DNA of 64,000 nt from Squalus acanthias. Taxonomy: Eukaryota. This document shows, in pieces, positions 48,670 to 62,088 of the stretch (its first letter is position 1; each line of letters starts with the position of its first letter). The position numbers and the translations under genes are program-made. The notes below the pieces were generated by a model that saw nothing but the letters and a program-made list of their open reading frames with translations, did not search any database and was not told the DNA's origin. The stretch covers positions 150,910,001 through 150,974,000 of the forward strand of contig CM059432.1 in NCBI GenBank assembly GCA_030390025.1, read 5' to 3'.

Positions 48670-50502
48670 TTTTTAAATCATTCATGGGATGTGGGCGTCG
48701 CTGGCAAGGCCAGCATTTATTGCCCATCCCTAGTTGCCCTTGAGAAGGTGGTGGTGAGCCGCCTTCTTGAACCGCTGCAGTCCGTGAGGTGAAGGTATGC
48801 CCACAGTGCTGTTAGGGAGGGAGTTCCAGGATTTTGACCCAGCAACACTGAAGGAACAGTGATATACCTGGGCAATTTTCCAGGTAGATGCCAGTGTTGT
48901 AGCTGTACTGGAACAGCTTGGCTAGAGGTGCGGCTAGTTCTGGAGCTCAAGTCTTCAGCACGACAGCCAGGATGTTGTCAGTGCCCATTGCCTTTGCTGT
49001 ATCTAGTGTGGTCAGCCGTTTCTTGATATCATGTGGAGTGAATCAAATTGGCTGAAGACTGACTTCTGTGATGGTGGGTCCTCAGGAGGAGGCTGAGATG
49101 GATCATCCACTCCGCACTTCTGGCTGAAGAGGGTTGCAAACGCTTCAGCCTTGTCTTTTGCACTCGGGTGTGGGGCTCCACCATCATTGAAGATGGGAAG
49201 GTTCATGGAGCCTCCTCCTCCCGTTAGCTGTTTAATTGTCCACCACCATTCACGACTGGATGTGGCAGAACTGCAGAGCTTTGATCTGATCCGTTGGTTG
49301 TGGGATCACTGAGCTCTGTCTATAGCATGCTGCTTCTGCTGTTTAGCATGCATGGAGTCCTGTGTTGCAGCTTAACCAAATTGGCACCTCATTTTTAGGT
49401 ATGCCTGGTGCTGCTCCTGGCATGCTCTTCTACACTCCTTATTGAACCAGGGTTGGTCCCCTGGCTTGGTGGTAATGGTAGAGTGAGGGATATGCCGGGC
49501 CCTGAGGTTACAGATTGCGGTGCTATAGGACGAGGTCAAGTAGGTTTTTCCCTAGTATTGGTTCTCTCACTATCTGCCGCAGGCCCAGGCTGGCAGCTGT
49601 GTCCTTCAGGACTCGGCCAGCTCGGTCAGTAGTGGTGCTACTGAGCCACTCTTGGTGATGGACATTGAAGTCGCCCACCCAGAGTACATTCTGTGTCCTT
49701 GCTACCCTCAGTGCTTCTTCCAAGTGGTGTTCAACATGGAGGAGTACTGATTCATCAGCTGAGGGAGGGCGGTAGGTGGTAATTAGCAGGAGGTTTCCTT
49801 GCTCATGTTTGACCTGAAGCCATGAGACTTCATGGGGTCCGGAGTTAATGTTGAGGATTCCCAGGACCACTCCTTCCCGACTGTATACCACTGTGCCTCC
49901 ACCCCTGGTGGGTCTGTCCTGCCGGTGGGACAGGACATACCCAGGGATAGTAATGGAGGAGTCTGGGACGTTGGCTTAAAGGTATGATTCTGTGATTATG
50001 ACTATGTCAGGCTGTTGCTTGACTAGTCTGTGGGACAGCTCTCCCAATTTTGGCACAAGTCCCCAGATGTTAGTGAGGAGGACTTTGCAGGGTTCACTGG
50101 GCTGGGTGTATTTGACGAATCCGGTGCCTAGGTCGATGCCAGGTGGTTTGTTCAGTTTTATTCTTATTGTTTTTCCTAGTGGTTTGATACAACTGAGTGG
50201 CTTGCTAGCCTATTTCAGAGGGCAGTTAAAAGTCAACCACATTGCTGTGGGTCTGGAACCACATTTAGGCCAGAGCAGGTAAGGACGGCAGATTTCCTTC
50301 CCTAAAGGACATTGGTAAACCAGATGGGTTTTTATAACAATTGGGTAGTTTCATGGTCACCGTTACTGATACTAGGTTTGAATTCCAGATTTAAGTAATT
50401 AACTGAATTTAAATTCCACAGTTGCCGTGGTGGAATTTGAACTCATGTGTCTGGATCATTAGTCCAGGTCTCTGGATTACTAGTCCAGTAACATAACCCG
50501 TA
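48670..50502 (-). mobile_element. LINE (family of 29761-30915) with tRNA-derived 5' head, APE endonuclease remnants and deleted RT core
   Basis: 3' end matches 29761-29950. EN motifs NIWGL, IIITESYL, YRPP, GDFN, LDLVL. tRNA-like head at 50421-50502. Confidence 0.82.
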
Positions 50503-50637
50503 ATGCTCTCCCCTGCTGTCCATGTACTTATTGTAGGGAATTCAGCAGAAACTTCTTTATCCAAAGACTGGTGCGAATGTGGAACTCACTACCACAAGGA
50601 ATGGTTGAGATGAATAACATCGATGCATTTAAAGGGA

Positions 50638-51013
50638 AAGAAAGAAAGAAAGACTTACATTTCTATAGCGCCTTTCCCGACCACCGGACATCTCAAAGTG
50701 CTTTACAGCCAATGAAGTACTTTCGGAGTGTAGTCACTGTTGTAATGTGGGAAATGCAGCAGCCAATTTGTGCACAGCAAGCTCCCACAAACAGCAATGT
50801 GATAATGACCAGATAATCTGTTTCTGTTCTGTTGATTGAGGGATAAATATTGGCCAGGACACCGGGGATAACTCCTCTTCTTCGAAATAGTGCCATAGGA
50901 TCTTTTACGTCCACTCGAGAGAGCAGACAGGGCCTCGGTTTAACATCTCATCTGAAAGACGGCACCTCCAATAATGCAGCACTCCCTCAGCACTGTACTG
51001 GAGTGTCAGCCTA
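50638..51013 (-). mobile_element. Deu-domain SINE inserted in a plus-strand CR1 3' end (50534-51175)
   Basis: Reverse complement of the SINE core and tail; flanking CR1 reads WNSLPQG...AFKG|KLDKHM. Confidence 0.8.
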
Positions 51014-51329
51014 GAAGCTAGATAAACACATGAGTGGGAAAGGAATAGAAGGATATGTTGATGGCATTAGATGAAAAAGAGTGGGAGGAGGCTCGGTGGA
51101 GCATAAACACCGGCATAGACCTGTTGGGCCAAATGGCCTGTTTCTGTGCTGTAAATACTATGTAACGATGTAACTGTGTCCTGTATTTACAGTAGTGTGA
51201 TTTTCAATACTGTCTCCTGTATATTCAGTACAGTATGATTTACAATACTGTCTCAGACTGTGTCCTGTATATACAGAACAGCACGATTTATATTAAACCC
51301 CTAGGGTCTGTTCTTTGTGTGTAGTCTAC

Positions 51330-52320
51330 TGGACGCATTGCAGCCACTCACCAAGCTTACTTCAACTTCCCCTCCTAGCACTGTGACCTCTACCACTAAG
51401 AAGGACAAGAGCAGCAACCTCATGGGAACACCATCACCTCCAAGTTCCCCCTCCAAGTCACACACCATCCTGACTTGAACATATATCGCATTTACTGCAT
51501 TATCACTGGGTCAAAATCCTGGAACTCCCTACCTAACAGCATTGTGGGAGAACCTTCACCACACAACCTGCAAAGGTTGATGGAGAACGCCCACCATCAC
51601 CTTCTCAAGGGCAATTAGGCATGGACAATAAATGCCTGACTTGCCAGCAACCCACATATTCTGAAGATTGATCAAAAATAACCCATAGCTCCTCCAGATA
51701 TAGATTGTAAATAGCTGAGGCCCAATCACCGATCCTTCAGGCACTCCACTAGATACACCCTGCCATCCCAAAAGTGACCGGTTTATTCCTTTCTGTCCGT
51801 TAACCAATCCTCAATCCATGCTAATATATTACCCCCAATCCATGAGCCCATATCTTGTATAACAACCTCTTGCGTGGCACCTTATCAAATGCCTGCTAAA
51901 AATCCACTGGTTCCCCCTTATCTACCCTCATAGTTACACCCTCAAAAAACTCTATTAGATTTGTCAAACACGAGTTCCCTTTCATAAAACCCTATTGACT
52001 ATAAACATCAACTGAAAGGTAATCGGCGTGAACCATTAACCCTGTTTCTCTCTCCACAGATGCTGCCAGTGTTTTCTTGCATTTTCTGTTTTTATTTCAG
52101 ATTTCCAGCATCCACAGTATTTTGCTTTTGTTTTGATTGATTTTTGTTGGGTACGGGTACAAAGGGATAGAGAACAAGGCAGTTAAATGGAGTTGAGGTA
52201 GAAATCAGTGATAATCTACAACAAAAACTTGCATTTATGTACCTCCTTTAACGTCGCAGAATGTCCCATCTAACTGAATGGTGAAGCAGGTTCGAGGGGC
52301 TGAATAGCCTACTTCACTGC
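51330..52320. mobile_element. Cluster of old fragments: LINE 3' end (+, 51330-51670), CR1 RT (-, 51680-52000), Penelope 3' end (+, 52010-52135), CR1 tail
   Basis: Each matches a better-preserved copy elsewhere in this window. Confidence 0.65.
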
Positions 52321-52989
52321 TACTGCCCTCTTTACACTGGTTAAAATATACCCCAGCGAGTTGGAGATGTACAGCGGGAAGGAGATTCAAAAAAATGGAG
52401 ACAGAAGGACTAAGAAGCAACAAACAGATACAGGGACAACAAGAGGTGTCTCAGAGCCATAAAGAAGAAGACAGGCAGAGAGACAGGGAGCAAGAGAGAA
52501 GGATGGAAACAGACAAAATGTAAAACAAGGACAAAAGGAAATATAGAGAAAAGGAGATACAAAGAATGATGCAAACAGACCACGATTCGTGAAACAGAAA
52601 ATTCAACTTCGGCAGGGATGCAAAGCAGGCAGTACTGGATTGACCGCCTCCTATACACCAACTTTACATTGGGCGGGGTGTATGACGGGTGGATGATCCG
52701 CTCCCACTCGTTGTACGCCCTTGCTGAAGTTGCTGAAGTTGTTCAACACTGGGTGTGCTAACTAATTTACATATACAAATCAGTTTGATGACTAAATATA
52801 CTTCCCCAATAACTCAAATTCTATAAATGGTTGTTACACAGGCAAAGTGCCATATTGTAATTTTTAACCTTTGACTCCCTCAGTTGCAGAATAAAAGAAA
52901 GCCAAATAGCTGCTGATGATACCTTTCAGTTACATTCACATTAGACTCAAAGTTGCAGAAAGGATGCACACTAAGAACTATTTTGAGCT

Positions 52990-54441
52990 CACCTTCAGAG
53001 TTTACCAGGTTGCCTACAGGGTCCACGCTGCTCAGGGATCATGTCAGGTAAGCAGGTCGGGAGTTGAATGGCCATGGAATCATCTCATTACTTGACAGCT
53101 GCAAATGTGCTATAAAAGCTCCCATCTCACAGCTGTTCACTTTCCAAGCTCAGAAGCTGTTGCTTACTGCATTTGGAAGACAGATTGAGCTTTATGCAGG
53201 TTGCAAGTGTTTGGAGTAAACTCTCTATCCAGTGTCACCTTATTGGAACAACCTCTCTCATCATTGACAGATCGCTTCTGTCATCTCAAGTTCACCTGTC
53301 ATCTATTACATCAGCATCAGTGCCCTTGAAACTATCTCACCATGGTCCTCAGAATCCCACCACGACCAGCAGCACCAGGCACACCAGCAGCACCAACAAC
53401 TACACCAACCTTCTCCGCAATCAACTGATGCTGCACAGGACACAGGGCATCAGCACCTGACCACATTGCTGCCCAGGACGCCAGGGATGGCCTCAACATG
53501 GCCAGATTTACTTCACTTGACGCTGTACACCCTGGCTGCCACATGATGCGCTAGGTTGGCACCACCCCACACCAACACCACAAAGCATCCCTGCAATGCC
53601 AAAGCCATTCCTTTCACATTCATCAGCATTGCGAGGGGTACCGTTATGTCTCACTACTCACTGTAACTCACTAAGCCACTTCCAAAGGTGCACACAGATC
53701 TGTCCAAGAACGCAAAGTGTTGAAAATAAAGCTTTCAATGTTTGACACCACATTTACAGAAATTTCACATGAACATTGACTAAAACACACAAGTGCCTAC
53801 CCTTGTGTGCTGTTAGTTGGTATGATTGGACTAGGATGAGGGTGAGTGTGAGGGGTGGCTACTGAGATGGGGACGTGATAATGTAGATAAAGAGGGATGG
53901 GTGGAGGTGCAAGGTAAGTTGGTGTGAGTAAGGATGTGCAGGAGTAGGGTAGGGAAGGCAGAGTGATGGGGATGTGATGAGAGGCACAGCAGGATGAGGT
54001 TGAGTGTGGCTTTGCAGTAACGTTTCGTGATCTACTGAGATCATTGAAAGGTTTGCGCCACTGCAGCCTTGTCCTCCTGACCACATCCCTGCTTGTGTCC
54101 TCCTGTGCAATGTGCAACCAGGCTGTGTTGATCTCCTCGGGAGGTCTCTTCCGCCCATGGGAAGGGAAGAGGACCTCCCTGCGTGCTGTGACTCCCTCCA
54201 ATGCTGTAGAACACTGACAGTACAACTGTCAAACTAAATTTGCACATGGTCCTTTTAAGTAAACCGGCTGATGACGCGTCATCAAATGACGTCATCAGAC
54301 CCGCTTCCTTCAATTGGCTGGCAAAGGCGCTGGGCCAGCTTAACAAGCCCCATCAGCCAGTGGGCTGAAGCCAACAGCGGGGCTGGGACCCGCCATCGAC
54401 GTCGCCCGCCACGGACCCGCCGAGGTTGGTAAAATCCAGCC
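52990..54441 (-). mobile_element. Decayed Harbinger element with Myb/SANT remnant
   Basis: ORF 53797-54225: ARREVLFP...AWLHIAQE...QWRKPFNDLSR. Terminal aaaatccagcc at 54431-54441. Left edge uncertain. Confidence 0.65.
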
Positions 54442-54559
54442 TCAGTGCTGGGCTCCGATACTCAATATTAGGCCAACCTTCAACTTTTCAGCTTTGATAA
54501 TCTTTGTCCTTTTTGTGTGTATTTGTTACCCAGGCTCTCGGTGATCAGAGTCATGCTTC

Positions 54560-56148
54560 AGGATGTACTAGAAAGACTGGGTATTCTTAGAGTGGACAAG
54601 TCGCCTGGTCCAGATGTCTTGCATCCCAGGTTGCTAAGGGAATTGGGGGAGGAGATAGTGGAAGGGCTTGCCATAATTTTCCAATCTTCCGTAGATGCGG
54701 GGAAAGTGGCAAATGTGACACCATTGTTCAAGAAAGTGTGTAAGGACAATCCTAGTAACTATAGGCTGGTCAGTTTAACATCAGTGGTGGGTAAAGTTTT
54801 AGAAACAATAATCAAGGAAAAAATTAACGGGCATTTGGAGAGATTTAAGCTAATTAAGGAAAGCCAACACGGGTTTGTAAAAGGAAGATTGTGTTTGACT
54901 AATCTAATTGAATTTTTTGATGAAGTAACAGAGGATCGATGAAGGGAATGCAATGGATGTTGTCTACATGGATTTTCGGAAGGCGTTTGACAAAGTACCA
55001 CATAGAAGGCTGGTTAACAAAATTGAGGCTCATGGAATAGGCGAGTCAGTGGCAGCCTGGATAAGGAATTGGCTTAAGGACAGAAAACAGCGAGTTGTGG
55101 TAAATGGCTGTTTTTCAGACTGGAGGATGGTAGACAGTGGTGTTCCCCAAGGGTCAGTGCTGGGGCCACTGCTTTTTTTGATATATATAAATGACCTGTA
55201 TATTGGAATACAGAGTAGAATTTCTAAATTTGCCGATGACACCAAACTTGGAGGGGTGGCAAACAGTGAGGATGATATCAATCGACGGCAACAGGACATA
55301 GAAAGGCTAGCAGAATGGGCAGACAAGTGGCAGATGGAATTTAATACAGAGAAGTGTGAGGTGATGCATTTTGGCAGAAGGAACAGGGAGAGGCAATATA
55401 CACTTAATGGCACAGTTTTAAAGAGTGCGCAGGGACAGAGGGACCTGGGAGTTAATGTGCATAGGTCCCTGAAGGTGGCAGGACATAATGAGAAAGTGGT
55501 TAGCAAAGCATATGGGATCTTGGGCTTCATAAATAGAGGTTATGAGTACAAAAGTAGAGAAGTTATGCTGAACCTTTATAAAGCGCTGGTTAGGCCACAA
55601 CTGGAGTATTGCGTCCAGTTCTGGTCACCACACTTTAGGAAGGATGTGAAGGCCCTTGAGAGGGTGCAGAGGAGATTTACCAGAATGGTTCCGGGGATGG
55701 GGGATCTTAGCTACAAGGACAGGTTGGAGAAGCTGGATTTGTTTTCATTAGAGCAAAGGAGGTTGAGGGGTGATTTGATAGAGGTGTACAAGATTATGAC
55801 GGGTTTGGATAGGCTAGACGGGGAAAGGCTGTTCCCACTAGTTGATGGTACAAGGACTAGGGGACACAGATTTAAGGTTTTGGGCAAGAGATACAGGGGA
55901 GATGTGAGGAAATTTTTTTTTACACAGCGAGTAGTGAGGACCTGGAACTCGCTGCCAACGGATATGGTGGAAGCGGAGACACTCAATGTTTTCAAGGGGA
56001 GACTGGATAGGCACTTGAGGGAAATAAACTTGCAGGGCTACGGGTATAGAGCGGGGGAATGGGACTGACTGGATTGCTCTACAGAGAGCCGGCATGGATT
56101 CGATGGGCCGAATGGCCTCCTTCTGTGCCGTTATGACTCTATGACTAA
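54560..56148 (+). mobile_element. CR1 LINE, 5'-truncated
   Basis: ORFs 54517-54942 and 54953-56068 (KSPGPD, GVPQGS, KFADD); tail tatgactctatgact. Confidence 0.93.
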
Positions 56149-57445
56149 CTTAACCCATTTTAACTCTCCCCAATGAAAGTAGTTCCTAGCAACCAGGGAT
56201 TCTGCGAACGTTTTGCAAGCCTCCCCACTTGAGGAGTGTTTACAGCAGCATTGCTGGGGACATCAAATCAAGTTGTTGTAAATTTAACCAAATTCAATAA
56301 AACTCAATGTACAGCTGATAAAATCGTTATACGTTTTACAATTTCCTTTCTCGATTCCTGTTTCTATTTACCCTTTAAAAGCTTTTCTGTTTGCTTTGGC
56401 ACATTTTTTAAGTACCTTTTCAACATTTTTTATAACACATGGCTTCTCCAACATTTTACAAGTAGCTAGCAGTTGCTGGCTTGAAGCCACATCACACATT
56501 ACGTGACATCCTGCACTGATCATCTCTTCTCATGTGGGCTTCGATACAAAGCCTGAGAAATTCAGTTGGTCGCTGCCATATGCTTGAGGCTGTGGCTTGT
56601 CAGCAACCACAAGCAGGTGCATTTAATTGACAGCCCGTGAATGTAGGGCCAACAAGTTACATCAGGACATGATGATCCAGCCGATATCTGCAAAAACTGC
56701 TCGAGAATGATGCCTCCTTTCTGTAAAACAGTATGAAATACTTGACAAACACAGTCATGGATCAAGATAAGACGGAATGAAAGGTTAGCCCACTGCTAGC
56801 TCGTTTTGCCTTCAGCACAGGTTAGCAAGCCATCTCCTACCACTGGCACTCGGAATAGCATATCACGTACCTCGGTGATCATCTCTCACTGAAATGCACC
56901 AAAAACAGGCAGCTCATTACAACCATGCAGTTTCAGAAACCGTCGCCAAGTGATTGAATCCATACATGAACAAGATCAATTACTTACAAAAATCAAGAGC
57001 AGGTTGAAACTTTCAGGCTCAACACCGTACCCATCCCCTCTATTTAAAAGGGACGGTGGCATTATGTTACGAGGTTTCTCAGACAGGCTCAGAAGTAACC
57101 CCTCCTTACACTCTCCTACCTCAACCCTTGAGCCATTATTTCTACCATTGTGCAAACCTTTGCCACGATTTAAAATGTTTCAGTGGATCACCTTCACCAA
57201 CTCGTCAGGATGCAAAGGGTCAGTGACGCAATGATATTGACATTGCAACGTGTGCATTTTCAAACATCATCAGCCACATTGCAAGGCATCAATGTTCTTT
57301 TAATAAATTTGTGTTCCATTTACCCGCCTTTGATCCATAACTCGATTCCCTTACGTACCAAAATCTATCGCTCTCTGCCGTGAAAATTTTGCAACCTGTC
57401 CTCATAATTTAACCCTTTAATTCTCTTCCCATAGTTCTGCTGAAT

Positions 57446-58990
57446 TATGGGGGATTCCAGCGGTAACTCCAAAGGTGTAGGAAGAGAAGCCACTGCTGGA
57501 GATTCTATGGCTATGACTGGACAGGTAAGAGAGGAACCAAGCAAGGGTAGACCTACTGAGCTGGACAATGGAGGAGAGCAATCAGAGGACGGTGTGGTCG
57601 ACGGCGTCATAAGGCTGCGGACAGTTTGAAGAGGATGAAGAAGGAAAATTGTCACAGACACAGAGGATTTAATTTGTGACTTTGATTAGGGCCATTTTAC
57701 TCCTTTGGCAGATTGAAGAGATTCAAACATAGAGATACGGGGAAGATGGACATGGATTTGACAAAAACACATTCAAGGACTTTAAATCGTAAAGAGAGAT
57801 TGGAGATGCGGCTGTAGTTTTCAAGGGCAGTAGAGTCAAGGGTGTTTTTTAAGGAAGAGGGTGATGTCTATTTTGAAAGGGAGGGGAGGCAGTACCTGAG
57901 GAGAGGGAAGTATTTACATTGTCAGCTAGCATAGGAGGCAGGAAGGGAATTCAGGTTTCCAGTAATTTAGTGGGAAGAGGGTCAAGGGAGCAGAAAGTAG
58001 GCCTTGTGGACAAAATGAGCTGAGAAAGAAACTAAAGGAAGTTGTGGATTCAGGCTAGGCTGGGGGAGTCTGGGGGAGGCTGGGCTTGGTGGACAAGGGG
58101 AAAGCAAAGAGGCAGCTGAACAGATGTTCTCCATTTTAGTAACAATGAAGTCCATGAGCTCTTTGCACTTATTGTTGTTTGGAGGCAGGGGAGAGCGGTT
58201 TAAGGAGATAATTGGTAGTGGGGAAAAGAAGCCGGGGTTTAGCTGTGCTCTCCAGGCGTAGTGGACAGTTTGGGCAGAGGAGAGTGAAGCTTGATGTGGG
58301 CTAATCAGATGTGGTGATGGATGAATAAGCTGATTCTGTGCCAGACACACTACTCCTTATCGAATGGAAAGCCAAAGGCGAGGCAGTTGGGATTTTGAAC
58401 GTACAGTTGCAAGTGGCTTGGAGCTTTTTCAGGATGTGGTGCAGAAAGAATTGGGCTTGGAGGGCGTAGGGGGATGAGGGTAGTGAGGGATACAAGGAAG
58501 TGGTCAGAGATGGTCTTGTCTGTGATTGAGATAATGGGAGTAGAAGGCCACATGAGGTGGAAAGGTATAGGGGATGGCCATGAATATGGGTAGGAGAGTT
58601 TATATGGAGGGAGAAGTTTAAGGAAGACTGGAAAGCAGAGGAAAGATGGCAAGGTGAGTTGAGATGAAGATTGAAATCACCGAGGGTGAGGAGTTCCTCA
58701 GTGCAGAGGCTTAGGCAGGAAAGAAGGAAGTATCTTGGGGAGGAACTTAGAATGATGCTTCGGGCTGAGGCTGGTGGAGAACAAGGATTTTAAAGGACAG
58801 GCAAGTGGGGTGGAACACGGTGAAGTGCTCAGAGGAGAAGAAGGTCCCAGAGGGTAAGGGCCATACCACCACCGCAGCGATTTGCACAGGCAGGCGGTGG
58901 AAAGTAGTGCTAGATGGACAATGCGGAGGGGGACGGTGATTGTTGATCTGCAGGCATGGTCGAAGGGGCAGTTGTGGTTGGATAGGGTAT
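57446..58990 (-). mobile_element. Old L2 LINE body (EN/RT remnants)
   Basis: Minus strand shows ISDHFLVSL (ORF 58350-58652), a degenerate DAVDH RT motif near 57600 and a GVPQG-like region; heavily decayed. Confidence 0.6.
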
Positions 58991-59144
58991 GCGGGACAGG
59001 ACAGAGGTTACCATGATTAGCTCCAGCGGGCGTACTGAGCAGGAAATAATTGACTGATCACAGACTTTTTGTTGCATGTATGTTTATATATTATAATTTT
59101 AATATTTGCCAAATATTGTGCTTAATATCACTATTTAACTGTAA

Positions 59145-60936
59145 CATAGAAACATAGAAGATAGGAGCAGGAGTAGGCCATTCGGCCCCTCGAGCCTGCT
59201 CCGCCATTCGATGAGATCATGGCTGATCATCCAAACTCAGTACCCTGTACCTGCCTTCTCCCCATATCCCTTGATACCTTTAGCTTTAAGAAATATATCT
59301 AACTCATTCTTGAATATATTTAATGACTTGGCCTCAACTACCTTCTGTGGTAGAGAATTCCACAGGTTCACCACTCTCTGGGTATAGAAATTCTTCCTCA
59401 TTTCTGTCCTAAATGGCTTACCCGTTATCCTTAGATTATGACCCCTGGTTCTGGACTCTCCGACCATCGGGAACATTCTTCCTGCATCTAGTTTGTCCAG
59501 ACCTGTCAGAATTTTATATGTTTCGATGAGATCCCCTCTCATTCTTCTATACTCCAGCGAGTATAAGCCCAATCGACCCAATCTCTCCTCATATGTCATT
59601 CCTGCCATCCCAGGTATCAGCCTTGTAAATCTTCGCTGAACTTCTTCCATGGCAAGAACATCCTTCCTCAGATAAGGCGACCAAAACTGCACACAGTACT
59701 CAAGGTGTGGTCTCACCAAGGCCCTGTATAACTGCAGCAGGACATCCCTGTTCCTATACTCAAACCCTTTCGCTATGAAGGCCAACATACCATTTGCCTT
59801 CTTCACTGCCTGCTGCACCTGCATGCTTACCTTCAGCGACTGGTGCACAAGGGCACCCAGGTCTCGTTGCACTTCCCCTTCTCCCAATCTATTGCCATTC
59901 AGATAATAGTCTGCCTTTCTGTTTTTGACACCAAAGTGGATAACCTCGCATTTATTCACGTTATATTGCATTGCTAGGCTTCTGCCCACTCACCCAACCT
60001 GTCCAAATCATCCTGGAGTTTCTCAGTATCCTCCTCGCAGCACAGACTCCCACCCAGCTTTGTGTCATCTGCAAACTTGGAGATATTACATTTAGTTCCC
60101 TTATCTAGATCATTAATGTATATTGTGAATAGCTGGGGTCCAAGGACCGATCCCTGCGGTACCCCACTAGTCACTGCTTGCCACTCGGAAAAAGACCCAT
60201 TAATTCCTACTCTCTGCTTTCTGTCCGCCAACCAGTTCTCTATCCAAGTCAATACCTTGCCCCCAATCCCATGTGCCTTAACTTTACACGCTAATCTCTT
60301 ATGCGGGACCTTATCGAAAGCCTTTTGAAAGTCCAAATACACCACATCTACTGGTTCTCCCTTATCTATTTTCCCAGTTACATCCTCAAAAAATTCCAGT
60401 AGATTAGTCAAGCACGATTTACCTTTTGTAAATCCATGTTGACTTTGTCCGATCCTGTCACTGTTTTCCAAGTGCTCAGCTATTACATCTTTTATAATGG
60501 ACTCTAGCATTTTCCCCACTACCGATGTCAGGCTTACTGGTCTGTAATTCCCCGCTTTCTCTCTACCACCCTTTTTGAATAGTGGGGTAACATTAGCTAC
60601 CCTCCAATCCATGGGTACAGTTCCAGATTCCATCGAATGTTGGAAGATGATCAGCAATGCATCTACTATTTCTAGGGCCACTTCCTTAAGTACCCTCAGA
60701 TGTAGATTATTAGGCCCTGGGGATTTATCGGCCTTCAATCCCGTCAATTTCCCTAACACCATTTCCCTGCAAATACTGATTTCTTTCAGTTCCTCCCTTT
60801 CATCAGACCGTATGTTCTCCAACATCTCTGGGAGGTTATTTGTGTCCTCCTTTGTGAAGACAGAACCAAAATATGCATTTAATTGGTCTGCTATTTCTTT
60901 GTTCCCCATTATAACTTCCCCCGCTTCTGACTGTAA
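59145..60936 (-). mobile_element. CR1 LINE, 5'-truncated, one frameshift
   Basis: ORFs 59974-60909 and 59237-59989; actgtaa on both flanks (59138-59144 / 60930-60936). Confidence 0.94.
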
Positions 60937-61071
60937 ATAAATATATTAGTTGCTTTAGTCTGTAATTGCTAATCTATAGCTGCAATTTTGAAAGAGGATT
61001 TGATACAGTCATTTGAGACTATATTACATACAGAAAGCAGATCATCACAAGTGGGTAATTGTTAATCTTTA

Positions 61072-61370
61072 GGTGTCAGCCTTGGCTCAGTGGTAGCACG
61101 CTCACCTCTCAGTAAGAAGGTCATGGGTTTAAGCCCCACTTCAGACACATGAGCACATAATTCAGGCTGTCACTTTAGTGCAGTACCGAAGAATGGCACT
61201 GGGGCCATCTTTTCGATGAGACGTTAAACCAAGATCCCATCTATCCTCTTAGGTGGATGTAAAAGGTACCATGCTACCATTCTAAGAAGAGCTGCGGAGT
61301 TCTCCTGGTGTCCTGGCCAATATTTATCTCTTCAATGCACACCAGTGAGACATTATCTGGTCATCCCTTG
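61072..61370 (+). mobile_element. Deu-domain SINE (3'-truncated), followed by an L2 tail remnant (about 61420-61560)
   Basis: ggtgtcagccttggctcagtggtagc head; gatgagacgttaaacc core. Confidence 0.75.
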
Positions 61371-61851
61371 AAAGCTCTCTGGTACATCTGCATCCCCCCC
61401 CCCCCACACTTCTCTTTGCCCCACCATTGATGGATCTTCTCTCAGCCTTCTAGGCCCTAGGCTTTAGAATCCTCCCCCTAAACTCCTCTGCCTCAGCACC
61501 TCCATCTCTTCCTTTAAGACCTCCCCTTAAAACCCACCTCTTTGACCAAGCTGGCCCACTTAGACTATGGCAAGGTACCTCAGTGAAATCCCTCCACCCC
61601 CACCTGAGGTGAGTGCCCCATCGACGCTGTGAATGGTGCAATCGCCGCACCCCCAACAATATGCAAACGCCACTGACTCTGGGGTTTGGGAGAGGGTAAG
61701 AAATCCATCCAAAAGGCTGCCTCCAGAATTTCAGCCCTCAGGGGTGTACAAACCAGTAAATGCCGAGCCAAACTCAACACAAATGTAGCAATTGTTGCTT
61801 GTCTCCAAAGATATAGAACTGTGGCCAGAGTCACATTCGAACAAACACACT

Positions 61852-62088
61852 GGGCTGGATTTTAAGGAGAAGGGCGGGTTGGGGGCGGGGCGGGGGGGGC
61901 GGTCTCCTAGGCAGTCGGGAAACCTGGGAGGCCGAGTTTCCCGCAGGCCCTGCTGACTTTAACGGCAGGGCCTGATTTGCAGGCGAGTCCTCGGTTTCCC
62001 GGCAGTGGGCGGGTTGCAGGGGGGGATCAGGTCGGGAATCCCCACGCTCCAAACCCACCTGTTCTTTTTTTAGGTTAAAAATCCCCCC
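61852..62088. mobile_element. Short Harbinger-like MITE
   Basis: gggctggatttt...aaaaatcccccc; inverted relative of 17934-18757. Confidence 0.55.

Larger units (their letters stand above)
47151..50530 (-). mobile_element. CR1 LINE of the 19.9-25.0 kb family, internally deleted, hosting L2 (47389-47640) and LINE (48670-50502) insertions
   Basis: Reverse complement matches parts of 23095-25030; CR1 sequence is contiguous across both insertions. Confidence 0.85.
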
